The notes under the pieces were generated by a model that saw only the letters and a list, made by a program, of their open reading frames with translations, was not told where the DNA came from and searched no databases. DNA of 64,000 bases from the sequence record NC_009760.1, one strand, 5' to 3'. A program made the position numbers and the translations under genes. Of this stretch, positions 18,972-28,892 are shown piece by piece (position 1 is the stretch's first letter; each line of letters begins with the position of its first letter).

Positions 18972-20242
18972 AGACTCACTCCTAACCGTTTCTCAACCAT
19001 ACTTTTAAATACTACTTTCTCCGATGGATTCTGTATACTCTCAAGTATTGGTAACAGTTCATCTAAGGCTTCCATCTGTGCGTCCTGCATCTTTCTGTCG
19101 AAGTCAGATAATGTTTGTTCTGCTACGACTTGCAACGCTGGTTTTGCATTTCCTTTGATGAAGTTTAGAATCGACGCTTCGTCTTGCTTTAATTTATTCA
19201 TGACCTCTGCCGGATCCATACCAGGAGATACAACAATTTTGACACGGAATCCAAACTCAAGTAAATCTTCAATAGATTCCATCATTGCATCAAAGCCAGC
19301 AGAATCTCCATCATACCAAAAGACAAGATTGCTTGTGATTCGTTTTAGCTTTTCCATTTGTTCACGAGTAAATGCAGTACCGCATGTTGCAATACTATTT
19401 TCTAAGCCCGCTTGGTGGGCGATAATCACATCTGTATATCCTTCGAATACCATTGCATACCCTCTTGAACGAATCGCCTTACGAGCGTGTGTAAGACCAT
19501 AGAGATAATGTCTCTTCTCATAAGCCTCTGACGTATAATCGTTTAGGTACTTTGGCTGTTCATCCTTTAATGTACGATAAGCCATTGCAATTGTTTTAGA
19601 AGTCTTCAGATTGAATCCCTCCTCGACTAAACCAAATACCAATCGACCGGCAACCTTCTGACCAAATAACGGATTACTATTATCGTCCTCGCTTATGTAT
19701 CCCATGCGGAACTTCTTAATAGACTGCTTCGTAATTCCTCGGCTATACACATATTCCATGACTGCTTTATTCGCTAATAAGTTTCTGCAATACTCATAGT
19801 TCAGCTTATGTGTTTTCTTCTTCGCTTGCTCTAACTTATAGTTTACATTCGCTTTCGGCGGTGTAATTCCCGCACGCTCCATTAAAATCATACATGCTTC
19901 CGGGAAAGATACACGTTCCATATTCATAACGAACCCAATGACATTCGGGCCGCCATCCTCAATCTTATGTCCATCCGGAAGCGTTAGGATGTTGGGCTTT
20001 GTTTTCTTCTCATCCGCCCACTTACGTCCGGCACTACACTTCCTGCTAAAACAGAAATAAGACGGGTCTTCGTCCTTCTTCTCAAAGATGTGCAAGTTAC
20101 CATGCTCACCATCGTTATGAAACGGACACGTTGCCTTATTGCTGCTGTTAAATACTACTCCATATTCCTTTGCCACTTCACGTAAGTCATTTTCCTCTAA
20201 TATTTGACGAATATGATCGTCGGTTATCTTACCGATTTTCAT
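18968..20242 (-). CDS. dnaG: DnaG-type DNA primase
   Basis: CHC2 zinc finger CPFH..YFCF..C, PKYLN, TOPRIM VFEGYTD and YDGDSAG; start refined to MKIGK after AGGAGG. Confidence 0.92.
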   Translation of the reverse strand: MKIGKITDDHIRQILEENDLREVAKEYGVVFNSSNKATCPFHNDGEHGNLHIFEKKDEDPSYFCFSRKCSAGRKWADEKKTKPNILTLPDGHKIEDGGPNVIGFVMNMERVSFPEACMILMERAGITPPKANVNYKLEQAKKKTHKLNYEYCRNLLANKAVMEYVYSRGITKQSIKKFRMGYISEDDNSNPLFGQKVAGRLVFGLVEEGFNLKTSKTIAMAYRTLKDEQPKYLNDYTSEAYEKRHYLYGLTHARKAIRSRGYAMVFEGYTDVIIAHQAGLENSIATCGTAFTREQMEKLKRITSNLVFWYDGDSAGFDAMMESIEDLLEFGFRVKIVVSPGMDPAEVMNKLKQDEASILNFIKGNAKPALQVVAEQTLSDFDRKMQDAQMEALDELLPILESIQNPSEKVVFKSMVEKRLGVSL

Positions 20243-20265
20243 GTTGCTACCTCCTTTTACATAAC

Positions 20266-20283
20266 TGTGCGTGCGAACGCACA
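20266..20283. repeat. Conserved GCGA-loop hairpin, copy 1
   Basis: TGTGCGT-GCGA-ACGCACA upstream of the dnaG RBS. Confidence 0.75.
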
Positions 20284-20284
20284 T

Positions 20285-20316
20285 AAAAAAGACACCCTAC
20301 AATGAGAGTGTCTTTT
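20285..20316 (-). terminator. Intrinsic terminator after the lysin gene
   Basis: AAAAGACAC...GTGTCTTTTTT. Confidence 0.7.
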
Positions 20317-20320
20317 GCTT

Positions 20321-21427
20321 TTAGACGACCTTAACGAATTTCTCGCTTGCCGTGATATAGAATACAGCACCTTTTGAGTTCTGTACTTTATATTGCGGTG
20401 AGCCGTCTACATCTACTTGCCCGATGATTGTGAAGCCTTGACCTTTCAAGACAACACCGGACACTTTTGATTTGTCCCAAGTTGGTTGAGAGTAGAAGTT
20501 TAATTGGTCTACGATAGACTCAACACGCTTTCCTACATACCATGCTTGAGTTCCTACTACCTCAACGAACGTATCGCTCGCTGTGATGTAGAATGTTGCA
20601 CCTGCGGAGTTTTGTACCTTATACTGGAACGCATCTCCGACTTGCAGTTTCTCTACGATCTTAGGGAAGACTTGATCTTTTTCAATCGTACCCGCCACAT
20701 CTGCATCAGCCCAAGAAGGTCTGTTGTAGAATCGTAAAGAGTTTGCTTTACATTTCAATTGTTTCCCTGAGTAGTCGCCACCTAAAGAAGTAACATTGTC
20801 ATTATTGACAGGTGGAGGAGCGATTTGATTCGTTTTACCTCCGCTAATGTACCACTCTAAAGTTTTGTCACCCATTAATTTATTACGGTCAACTTTCCCT
20901 ACACCATTCATCCATCCGCCTGTTTCACCATCAGCATATTGCCAGATGTCACATTTGTACTTCGGTTCAGGGCCACCGTAACGTGGAATCCATAAGAAGT
21001 CAGCCTTCACTTTGTTTAATCCATACTTCTCATACATGTGATGAGATACGTAGAATCCAACCATCCAGCCTTTCGACTTACAGCGGTCAATGAATGCTTG
21101 AGATGCAGCAGCGATATTATCAGGGCCACATGATTTCAGCGTATCATCTTCCGTATCCAGTACAAGGAACTTTGCATTCGGGCTTACACGTTTCATGAAG
21201 TCGTCAGCCTCTACAATCGCATCTGCAACAGAGACAAAGCATCCGTAAGCATATGCGGCATGTGGTACGCCACGAGCTTCTAATTCACGTACAAAGCTAT
21301 CATACAAACGATCCTTTAAGTTAGAACCATATTGCACACGGCAAATTGCTAGTCCTAATTGTGGTGCTAGAACGTTCCAATTAATATTGTCGTTCCATTT
21401 CGAAATGTCGATTACTTCTCTACCCAT
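20321..21427 (-). CDS. GH25 muramidase (lysin) with two C-terminal SH3-like wall-binding repeats
   Basis: VIDISKWN, VLDTED, LWIPRYG, DIWQY, VDRN; repeats LRFYNRPSW..YKVQNSAG / LNFYSQPTW..YKVQNSKG. Confidence 0.88.
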   Translation of the reverse strand: MGREVIDISKWNDNINWNVLAPQLGLAICRVQYGSNLKDRLYDSFVRELEARGVPHAAYAYGCFVSVADAIVEADDFMKRVSPNAKFLVLDTEDDTLKSCGPDNIAAASQAFIDRCKSKGWMVGFYVSHHMYEKYGLNKVKADFLWIPRYGGPEPKYKCDIWQYADGETGGWMNGVGKVDRNKLMGDKTLEWYISGGKTNQIAPPPVNNDNVTSLGGDYSGKQLKCKANSLRFYNRPSWADADVAGTIEKDQVFPKIVEKLQVGDAFQYKVQNSAGATFYITASDTFVEVVGTQAWYVGKRVESIVDQLNFYSQPTWDKSKVSGVVLKGQGFTIIGQVDVDGSPQYKVQNSKGAVFYITASEKFVKVV

Positions 21428-21467
21428 ACTATCAGCTCCCTTGTGGGAGATAGAGGTTGGTTACCTC

Positions 21468-21803
21468 TTATAGTTCGTCAACTGACTTCAAGTCACCATA
21501 CGATAGAAATATGCGAAACTCAAATGATAGAGGCGCATAATCTTTTCCGACAACTCGTAAAACATAGTCAGTAACTTCATTATACATGTTCTCTTCGTGT
21601 CCTGCATTAATAAAGAATGTATTTGCTCCGCCACGCTGATGATTAACTCGAATCGCTTTATGTCCGAACTCACCCTCATACGCTTTGATTAACTTACGAT
21701 TGATTTCCTCTACTAACGCCTCTTTGTCGTATCCTGCGTGTACGACAATATTGAAAGCGCCGATTTGCACTTCATTTGCTCCTATCGGTTGTGGTTTTGC
21801 CAT
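21468..21803 (-). CDS. Hypothetical protein
   Basis: Start refined to MAKPQP. Confidence 0.5.
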   Translation of the reverse strand: MAKPQPIGANEVQIGAFNIVVHAGYDKEALVEEINRKLIKAYEGEFGHKAIRVNHQRGGANTFFINAGHEENMYNEVTDYVLRVVGKDYAPLSFEFRIFLSYGDLKSVDEL

Positions 21804-21972
21804 TGTGTTTGGCTCCCTTCTCTTTAATGTCTTTTTGTATTTCTGATACCAACACTGCACAATCATCACAATACCCTGTGTTGTGTAGAGACTCACTTGC
21901 TGGAATCTCCGTTTTACAACGTGTGCAATTTGTCACTACGTTTTCGAAATAACGTTTATCTCTTTTCATCAT
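21772..21972 (-). CDS. Small CxxC protein
   Basis: CTRC...CDDC. Confidence 0.5.
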   Translation of the reverse strand: MMKRDKRYFENVVTNCTRCKTEIPASESLHNTGYCDDCAVLVSEIQKDIKEKGAKHNGKTTTDRSK

Positions 21973-22382
21973 TATCCACCATTTACTACTTTCTTCGGTT
22001 TTACCCAGCTACACTTGTCACATACGAATCCATACTTTGGTGTTCCCGGAATACGATCCATCCAAAGTTCTCCTCCGCAATGACATAACTGGTCATCATT
22101 CATTTCATGGTACTTTAACGTATCGACCTTCGCTTCGATGTAGTTCGCTAAAGTATTTACTTCTTTACATTCCGGACATTCAATCAATTGCTCCATGTCC
22201 GTTTCTTCTTTAATACGTTTCTCTGTTGATTCATGTAATGCGTGGTCTTTATTAATTTCGATAATGCCGTTGTGGAAGATTACTTCCGTCATCTCTTTAT
22301 TTTGTCTGACTGCATACGGCTCACCGTTCTTTAATACAACATGCATCTCATGTGCTTGCGCACACGCTGGACATCTAAACAT
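21972..22382 (-). CDS. Multi-zinc-ribbon protein
   Basis: CPAC, CPEC, CHC, CDKC; GGAGG RBS. Confidence 0.6.
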   Translation of the reverse strand: MFRCPACAQAHEMHVVLKNGEPYAVRQNKEMTEVIFHNGIIEINKDHALHESTEKRIKEETDMEQLIECPECKEVNTLANYIEAKVDTLKYHEMNDDQLCHCGGELWMDRIPGTPKYGFVCDKCSWVKPKKVVNGG

Positions 22383-22393
22383 AATCTAACCTC

Positions 22394-22825
22394 CTAAATA
22401 TTTGAGTGCCACCCTAGTTTACCATCGACGATACCAAATATCTTTTCATGTGTATCTTCATACTGCTTTGAAAAGAACTGCGGGTGGGTTGGTATCTTCT
22501 CTCCCGGATGATTCGGGTCATCTTGCATTGAACCCTCTATGTACGGTACGGGTTTTAATTCTTTACTTGGCGGTTCGGATTCCTGCACTTCGTAACCCGG
22601 CCCATACCAATAGCGTAAGCAAAGCGGTGTACCATCTTGCGTTACATGTAAGTAATCACAAGGCATGTGGTGGGGATCAGGATGTTCGCATATTGCTGTC
22701 CTGTCATTTCTAGCTCCCCAACCTATGAAGCGTTCCTCAAAATGGTCACATTTGCTATCTGCTGGCGTAGGTGTTCGATACCCACGCTGTCGGTTTGTTG
22801 TGCGACCGATTTTAACTTTCGCCAT
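22394..22825 (-). CDS. Hypothetical protein
   Basis: Start refined to MAKVKIG after AAAGGAGAG. Confidence 0.5.
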   Translation of the reverse strand: MAKVKIGRTTNRQRGYRTPTPADSKCDHFEERFIGWGARNDRTAICEHPDPHHMPCDYLHVTQDGTPLCLRYWYGPGYEVQESEPPSKELKPVPYIEGSMQDDPNHPGEKIPTHPQFFSKQYEDTHEKIFGIVDGKLGWHSNI

Positions 22826-22904
22826 CGGAACTCTCCTTTCTTGATAAGACTCACATAGTAATCTTATCAAGAAAAGAAGCCGCCGACTAGGGCGACTGTC
22901 CTTT

Positions 22905-23615
22905 TTATACTGCTTCTTGTTCTTCCTCTTCTTCGTCCTCGTCCCAATCAAAGTCATCGTCGTCACCGACATGCTCTCTGATAACCGTTTTACCTGCAAC
23001 AATCTGACTGATTAATGTTTTGTCAGCCGTCATCGCTAGGTGCGGTTGGTGAGTAACCATGATAATCTGACGGTTAAATGTTTTCGAGATGAACGCTAAG
23101 AACTCACCTAGCTTCACCACATATTCTTCTGATACGTGTTTACCCGGTTCATCTAAGATGATAGGGCCTTGTATCTTCGGTTCGTTGTATACAACCATCA
23201 CCGCAACTTGCAATGCAATCGCTACGATGTCATTGATACCACCACCACGAGAATCTTGTGGTTCATTCTCAATCGGCTCACCATTTTCACCAACTGAACA
23301 TACGAGGAATCGTGCGGCAGGTTTCCCGCCTGATTCCGTCATCTCAATTTTGAATGTGAAATCATGACCGAATATATGTTGTAAGGCACGAGTAACAACC
23401 TTCTCCATACGCTTACGACCAGCTTCACGGGCTGAGTCTGCCGTCTTCACAAGTAGTGCAGAGATTTGTTCCAGCTTCATACGTTCCTGTACTACGCCTT
23501 CAATCTTTGCTTCTAGGTCTTTCTTTTGGTCAGCAAGGATATTGCGCTCTGCTACACGTTTGTTAAAGTCATCTTGCATTCCTACTACTTTATGTGTAAG
23601 TACGCTTAAACGCAT
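22905..23615 (-). CDS. SbcC/Rad50 C-terminal half (signature, Walker B, H-loop)
   Basis: Coiled coil followed by SRGGG, IILDEPGKHVS, IMVTHQ. Confidence 0.85.
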   Translation of the reverse strand: MRLSVLTHKVVGMQDDFNKRVAERNILADQKKDLEAKIEGVVQERMKLEQISALLVKTADSAREAGRKRMEKVVTRALQHIFGHDFTFKIEMTESGGKPAARFLVCSVGENGEPIENEPQDSRGGGINDIVAIALQVAVMVVYNEPKIQGPIILDEPGKHVSEEYVVKLGEFLAFISKTFNRQIIMVTHQPHLAMTADKTLISQIVAGKTVIREHVGDDDDFDWDEDEEEEEQEAV

Positions 23616-24331
23616 CAGTACACCTCCTTATTGTGATAAATCACTTCAAGTTCCTTTAATCCTTTTGGCTTGTATTCCTTAATAGTATCTTGAATACGAC
23701 TTGGTACAGATTCTAATTCATCATCCGTTAATGAGCGATGATCCACACGAACAATAATAGATGCTTCGTCCGGATAATACTCAAAGATAACCTGTACACT
23801 TACGCCCGGAATCTGTTTTAAATGATACTCAAGCATGGAGAGGTTATCATCACTTAACCCCTCCGGCTTTGTTTCTTTATAGTACGGCATACTTAGGCGA
23901 GACATATATTCAATCACACGTTTCGCATCTTTATCATAAGAGAATTGACGACCTAACTTATGTGCCAACATCTTAATGATGATTTGATTGTCCGTCTGAT
24001 TAATTAATCGTTTGAGTTCATCTACATTGTTCTTCTTTAGAAACTGTTCTGTATCTTGCCCGATTGCATTAGATAAGACACTGCCTTTACCCATCATTGT
24101 TCCCGGTACAATATAGTCCTGCGGGATACCCACATTAGCGTTTTTCATGAGCTGATTAACAGCATCCTCAAAATCAGTTTTGGTGTAAGATGCGGCCTCA
24201 GGAGAAGGTTTCTCAAACTGCTTGAATATTTCTGCCTCAAGAGCTTTCGCAGTATCACGACGAATTTGCTGATCTAACTCGGCTGATATATCTCTATATG
24301 GATTGGATGTAGATAATTCATTCTTGCCCAT
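23615..24331 (-). CDS. Hypothetical protein
   Basis: 238 aa between the sbcC halves. Confidence 0.55.
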   Translation of the reverse strand: MGKNELSTSNPYRDISAELDQQIRRDTAKALEAEIFKQFEKPSPEAASYTKTDFEDAVNQLMKNANVGIPQDYIVPGTMMGKGSVLSNAIGQDTEQFLKKNNVDELKRLINQTDNQIIIKMLAHKLGRQFSYDKDAKRVIEYMSRLSMPYYKETKPEGLSDDNLSMLEYHLKQIPGVSVQVIFEYYPDEASIIVRVDHRSLTDDELESVPSRIQDTIKEYKPKGLKELEVIYHNKEVY

Positions 24332-24339
24332 GATGACTC

Positions 24340-24639
24340 CTACTCTTCAAATTCCATATCGTCATCATCGTCTGCTACTTCTTCACCCGGTAAATATTGA
24401 CGAGCGTCTTCCATTACCTCTGTTAAGTTCTTTTCTTTTTCAGCGATAACAGTAGCTAAGTCCTTCGGATCGTAGCCCATGTCTTTAATTTTCTTGGCAG
24501 CTTCCTTACGACGTTTAGATGCTTCCTCTTTACGAGTTTCTAAGCGCACCTTATCACTCTTCGCTTGCTCAAATTCGTTCTTTAACATTTTTAATTGGCG
24601 GTCAAAGTTTGTAGTCATTTGTATTTCCTCCCTATGCAA
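24340..24639 (-). CDS. Small coiled-coil protein (possible missing SbcC coil segment)
   Basis: Heptad-rich; start overlaps the stop of the SbcD-SbcC(N) fusion. Confidence 0.55.
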   Translation of the reverse strand: MHREEIQMTTNFDRQLKMLKNEFEQAKSDKVRLETRKEEASKRRKEAAKKIKDMGYDPKDLATVIAEKEKNLTEVMEDARQYLPGEEVADDDDDMEFEE

Positions 24640-26941
24640 TATGTTCTAACATTTCATTTACTGCGTGTTCAGATACTTCTTGATTACATGTTGGACACTT
24701 GCTACCCATGTCTTTAAAGATGGATTGAATATCTTCTTCTAGCTTCGCAATATCTTGCGTTACAATTTCGATACTGCCATCAATCTCTTTACACACATAG
24801 TCTTCGCCTTCATATTCTTCTAGAAGTTTCTTGAGCGTTGCAATTTCCGCAACTTCTTTCTCGATTGCGTCGATGTCGATATTATCTAATGAAGCATACT
24901 CCGCTAAGTCCTCGGTATGCAGTTCTTCTTTCGCTTCTGATTTAATGTACTCTCTATTTAATTCCTTGAGTTCATTAACCTCTTTATAGATGTACTCGGC
25001 TGCACCTAATAAAGTAAGACCTTGCTCAAGCATTCCGTACTCTTTGTACTCCGAATTAACAGCAGATAAAGTACGTGCTGTTTTAGCGAAGTCATCTTGC
25101 AACTGTTCTAGCTCTGCAATTTCGCGAGCGATTTGCTCTGCTTCATTCACAAGTAACATACCACGTTCAACATAGGCATAATCATTTAACTCTGCATTGA
25201 TTTCCTTGATGGCACGAGACTTCTCTTTTAAGATACGTCTAAAGTCTTTCAAGTCTTCAATCTCATCGTCAAGGTTCTGCGCCGTCGTTAATAATCCTTT
25301 TAGGATATTTAAGCGCTTCTCAATTTCAGGAAGGTCATCATAATTCTTTAGCTTCTCATCCAGTTCTGCAATTTGCTTCTCACTTGCATTACTATCGACA
25401 GTAAGCTTTCGTATTTCCTTCCCCTTCTCTTTGATCGCAGCATCGACGATATGGACGCCCGTGAGTCTTCCGATTGTGTTAGCACGAACAGCAGGTGACT
25501 CTGAGAGTAAGAAGTGACTGTCAAGCTGATTGGAGAAGTTAATAGCTCGTTCAACACCTGTTGACAGTTCCACTTTAGGCATTTGATGAGTATTGGCGAT
25601 GTCGATAGGAATGTTATTCCCAAACCCCTTGAACTCAGTCTCCTTGCCGTTTGTATCACGTACGATGTACTCACCGGATGATGATTTAGTTCGTGAGCGA
25701 GTAATTGAAGACCCGTCTGTAAAACCGACTGTGACCGTAGTCCGACTAGCCCCGTGGCGAATAAAGTCGGCTCCTTTAGGCTCGTTATAGAATACCCATC
25801 GTAACGCACGTATGATGGCTGACTTCCCGGAGTCCGAAGCACCGGTGATTGCATTAAGTCCCTTGTCACTAAAATCAACCCTCGTCTTTTTATGTGATTG
25901 GAAGTTGGTTACCTCCACCCATGCGAGTCCAATTGCTTTCGCCTTCTCGATGTATCCATCTAGCTTACTATCTTGGAAGTTCTTCTCTTGATCTACGATA
26001 GCATCCAGTGCAGTTGATAATAATTTCTTCGAGATACCTTTTGTCTTCGCTAGTATTTCTTTCGGGTCAAACGATTCAAATGTTAAAGCATCCTCAATCG
26101 TTTGCTCGAATGCTGCTAAGTATTTCACCTGTTGTTTCTTCTGCACGATTTGTGTACGGTCAAATACGTCTACACCTTTTTGTGCAACTTGATATTCTAC
26201 ATACTCTACATCGAAGCCATTTGCGTCTACGTCAATCATGGCATACTGCGGAATACGCTTCATACTATCGGCACTTGCTTCATCACGACCAGTAGAACCC
26301 GGATTCGTAAATAGTGTACCGTTGATTTCATGCATATCATAACCCGGATGAAAATGACCATTAAAGACTGCATCAGCTTCCGTTACAACATGTTTTGTTA
26401 ATGTATGTTTTACGTCCGGATGGAACGGTTTTTCAAGTAACATACCGTGAGAGAATAGGAAGTCATAGTCACCTTTCTTCTTCACGTAGTAATCTAACAT
26501 TGGGTTATCATCAATCTCTGAATGATATTGTTTACCATGCAGGAATACGGTGAATGCACCCGTGTCAATCTTATGCGCACGCTTGTCTGTTAACAGCGTA
26601 ACAAGACCCGCATTCGCTAATGAACCGATTGCCGTTTGATTGATTGTATCCATTGAGTAACCATATAAATCATGATTACCGGGTACAAGATATACTCGAA
26701 TACCTTTCTTGCGAATACGTCGCAAGATGCGTTGATGCTCATTATATAATGAATAAGCGACACGAGGCGTATGGAACCAGTCTCCGCCATGAACGATGAA
26801 ATCTACATCATTTGCATACGCAACTTGTTCGATTTCAAGGAACTTATTCAAGATAGCATTGTGATAATCATCAATACGAGAGCCGGGATTACGACCCATG
26901 TCGTGACTATCTGTGAAATATATACCTTTCAAGAGCGTCAT
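24632..26941 (-). CDS. SbcD/Mre11 nuclease fused to the SbcC/Rad50 N-terminal half ending at the zinc hook
   Basis: TDSH, GGDWFH, PGNHD, FSHG, GHFH; then NFQSHK, Walker A GASDSGKS, Q-loop; coiled coil; terminal CPTC. Confidence 0.88.
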   Translation of the reverse strand: MTLLKGIYFTDSHDMGRNPGSRIDDYHNAILNKFLEIEQVAYANDVDFIVHGGDWFHTPRVAYSLYNEHQRILRRIRKKGIRVYLVPGNHDLYGYSMDTINQTAIGSLANAGLVTLLTDKRAHKIDTGAFTVFLHGKQYHSEIDDNPMLDYYVKKKGDYDFLFSHGMLLEKPFHPDVKHTLTKHVVTEADAVFNGHFHPGYDMHEINGTLFTNPGSTGRDEASADSMKRIPQYAMIDVDANGFDVEYVEYQVAQKGVDVFDRTQIVQKKQQVKYLAAFEQTIEDALTFESFDPKEILAKTKGISKKLLSTALDAIVDQEKNFQDSKLDGYIEKAKAIGLAWVEVTNFQSHKKTRVDFSDKGLNAITGASDSGKSAIIRALRWVFYNEPKGADFIRHGASRTTVTVGFTDGSSITRSRTKSSSGEYIVRDTNGKETEFKGFGNNIPIDIANTHQMPKVELSTGVERAINFSNQLDSHFLLSESPAVRANTIGRLTGVHIVDAAIKEKGKEIRKLTVDSNASEKQIAELDEKLKNYDDLPEIEKRLNILKGLLTTAQNLDDEIEDLKDFRRILKEKSRAIKEINAELNDYAYVERGMLLVNEAEQIAREIAELEQLQDDFAKTARTLSAVNSEYKEYGMLEQGLTLLGAAEYIYKEVNELKELNREYIKSEAKEELHTEDLAEYASLDNIDIDAIEKEVAEIATLKKLLEEYEGEDYVCKEIDGSIEIVTQDIAKLEEDIQSIFKDMGSKCPTCNQEVSEHAVNEMLEHIA

Positions 26942-27490
26942 CTATACTTCCCCCTTACCCTTCTTTTTGATATATTCAGCAATATCTTTTACCTTCGACT
27001 TCGCAAGTTGTCTTTTGAAATCTTGGTTATGATACTGACAGATACCATTTTCAACTTGATCTTGTTTGCATCGAGCTACGCCACATTCTCTTTCTTTAAG
27101 CTGAATGTATTGCTCCATGCTATCTATATTCCCTCTTGAGAAATGCAGATTAAAGTTCGCATAATGTTTCATGCACATTCCTTTTGCTTCTGCTCGTAAA
27201 CCGCAATGAGGGATAAAACATTGCACACCATGATAGGAAATGCGGTTTGTTTTACGTGGGTCACCTATTTTCAATCGTCTTTGATTATGCATTGCACATA
27301 TTCCTTTTGCATAAGCGGGACGCTCACAATCCTCAATACTACAGGTCTTGCCTTTGTTTATCAGAACAGGGTCATCAGTTGTACCCGTAAGTCTTAGTCT
27401 CTGATAATGTTTTGGACAATACCCTCTAGCGCCGGTGGCATCCTCTCCACAACCTTCCACTATACATATACGGGTAGCAACTGTACACAT
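26942..27490 (-). CDS. Protein of tandem Cx4C-x8-10-Cx2H zinc-finger repeats
   Basis: Four units, e.g. CIVEGCGEDATGARGYCPKHY, CSIEDCERPAYAKGICAMH. Confidence 0.7.
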   Translation of the reverse strand: MCTVATRICIVEGCGEDATGARGYCPKHYQRLRLTGTTDDPVLINKGKTCSIEDCERPAYAKGICAMHNQRRLKIGDPRKTNRISYHGVQCFIPHCGLRAEAKGMCMKHYANFNLHFSRGNIDSMEQYIQLKERECGVARCKQDQVENGICQYHNQDFKRQLAKSKVKDIAEYIKKKGKGEV

Positions 27491-28231
27491 TTAAATCTCT
27501 CCTCTGTTCTTCTTTTCTATATATTCGTTTGCATCTTTTGCATTGACACCTCTATGGTATCTAAAGTTTAGATGATGTTTATTACATAAGTGGTGTGCAA
27601 CAGTCTCTTCATTGCATCCATCAATTCTGCATATAGGATCCATTTGCCCTCTCAGATTTTCTACGTGATGGACGTCACCATATTTATTAAAACGTTGCAG
27701 ATGCACTTGGCACAAACGTTTACCGTGCGCTTCTTTTTCGCAACCTTCTACGCTACATATCTTACCCGAATTAACATAGTCAGGGTCGTCTGTATTTCCG
27801 TGACGTAACTCACGACGGTAATGTTTCCAACATAAACCCCTAGCCGCCTTCGCTTCATTTTCACACTCGTCTATTGTACAGGTGTTACCTTGCTTACTCA
27901 GGCGTGGACGCTTTCCCGCTTTTTCTTTCTTCCTCTCTTGTTCTGCTCTCCAAGCTGCTGCTTTCTCTCGGTCAGCTTTTAACTTTGCTTGCCATTGTTC
28001 AACTTCCGCTTGTCGAGTTGTTAAGATTGGTGCTAGGTTTACGCAAAAATCTAAATCAGTCTTTGCTTCCCATACACCATCTGTAAGAAGATTCCCGAAG
28101 CGGTCAATGTACCCCTTGCGTCCTTCATCAATCATCAGACCGACTTCCCAGTCACTATGCGATTCACGTTTCAACATACACATCATGAGAAGACCCATTA
28201 CCTTCTGTTCTTTCTTCTCACTCATCGTCAT
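27491..28231 (-). CDS. Protein with three C-terminal Cx4C..Cx2H zinc-finger repeats
   Basis: CTIDECENEAKAARGLCWKHY, CSVEGC..CQVH, CRIDGC..CNKH. Confidence 0.7.
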   Translation of the reverse strand: MTMSEKKEQKVMGLLMMCMLKRESHSDWEVGLMIDEGRKGYIDRFGNLLTDGVWEAKTDLDFCVNLAPILTTRQAEVEQWQAKLKADREKAAAWRAEQERKKEKAGKRPRLSKQGNTCTIDECENEAKAARGLCWKHYRRELRHGNTDDPDYVNSGKICSVEGCEKEAHGKRLCQVHLQRFNKYGDVHHVENLRGQMDPICRIDGCNEETVAHHLCNKHHLNFRYHRGVNAKDANEYIEKKNRGEI

Positions 28232-28583
28232 CGTCCTCAGGTTCGTGTCCTATGATTTGAACACCAATCAGATAATCTTCTGCTGTATCTAAATCATGCT
28301 CTTCGTAATATGGCCCGGTGTAGAAGCGAATGTATTCTACTTCTTCGTATGAATCCTGCTCATACTCTTCCTCTTCGAACGTACAATACTTGTCGTTCTC
28401 TCCGTCGCACGGTCTTACATTTAGACCGGAGAATAAATCTGTATAGCAAGATAGAATATCTCCGCCACGAGAATTACCGCCCATTCTTGCTACTACTTTT
28501 GCCTTCGCAACACCCATTTGGAATGTTAGTTCCACAATATGTGTACTATCTCCGCCGGGAATATACTGCTCCATCTGCATCAT
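28218..28583 (-). CDS. Acidic hypothetical protein
   Basis: AAGGAGG RBS. Confidence 0.55.
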   Translation of the reverse strand: MMQMEQYIPGGDSTHIVELTFQMGVAKAKVVARMGGNSRGGDILSCYTDLFSGLNVRPCDGENDKYCTFEEEEYEQDSYEEVEYIRFYTGPYYEEHDLDTAEDYLIGVQIIGHEPEDDDDE

Positions 28584-28599
28584 AAAACCTCCTTGTTTC

Positions 28600-28628
28600 T
28601 AGTATGTTACATTTTGTAATGCTTATAC
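28600..28628 (-). promoter_or_regulatory. SigmaG/F-type promoter, copy b
   Basis: GTATA-N17-CATACTA containing AGCATTAC-AAAAT-GTAACA. Confidence 0.6.
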
Positions 28629-28892
28629 CTACCATGCCTCATCATCAATAGAAACCTTCTTCTTTTTCTTGAGAAAGGCAAGGTCTTTTAAATCTGTGCG
28701 GTACATACGATGGTCGTCTTCATAGGGTTTATCTAATTCGACCTGCACCGGTGACATGTGATGCTGATAGAGAGTTGGCTGGTCAACATATGTGACTTTG
28801 CCTTTTATATCAATCGACTTCACACGTACACGGTCACCTTCCTTTGGAATGCGAACCTTACCAGTCATCCCAGTCAACCTCCTCTTCACCAT
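28629..28892 (-). CDS. Small SH3/KOW-like hypothetical protein
   Basis: PKEGDRVRVK..KGKVTYV. Confidence 0.5.
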   Translation of the reverse strand: MVKRRLTGMTGKVRIPKEGDRVRVKSIDIKGKVTYVDQPTLYQHHMSPVQVELDKPYEDDHRMYRTDLKDLAFLKKKKKVSIDDEAW

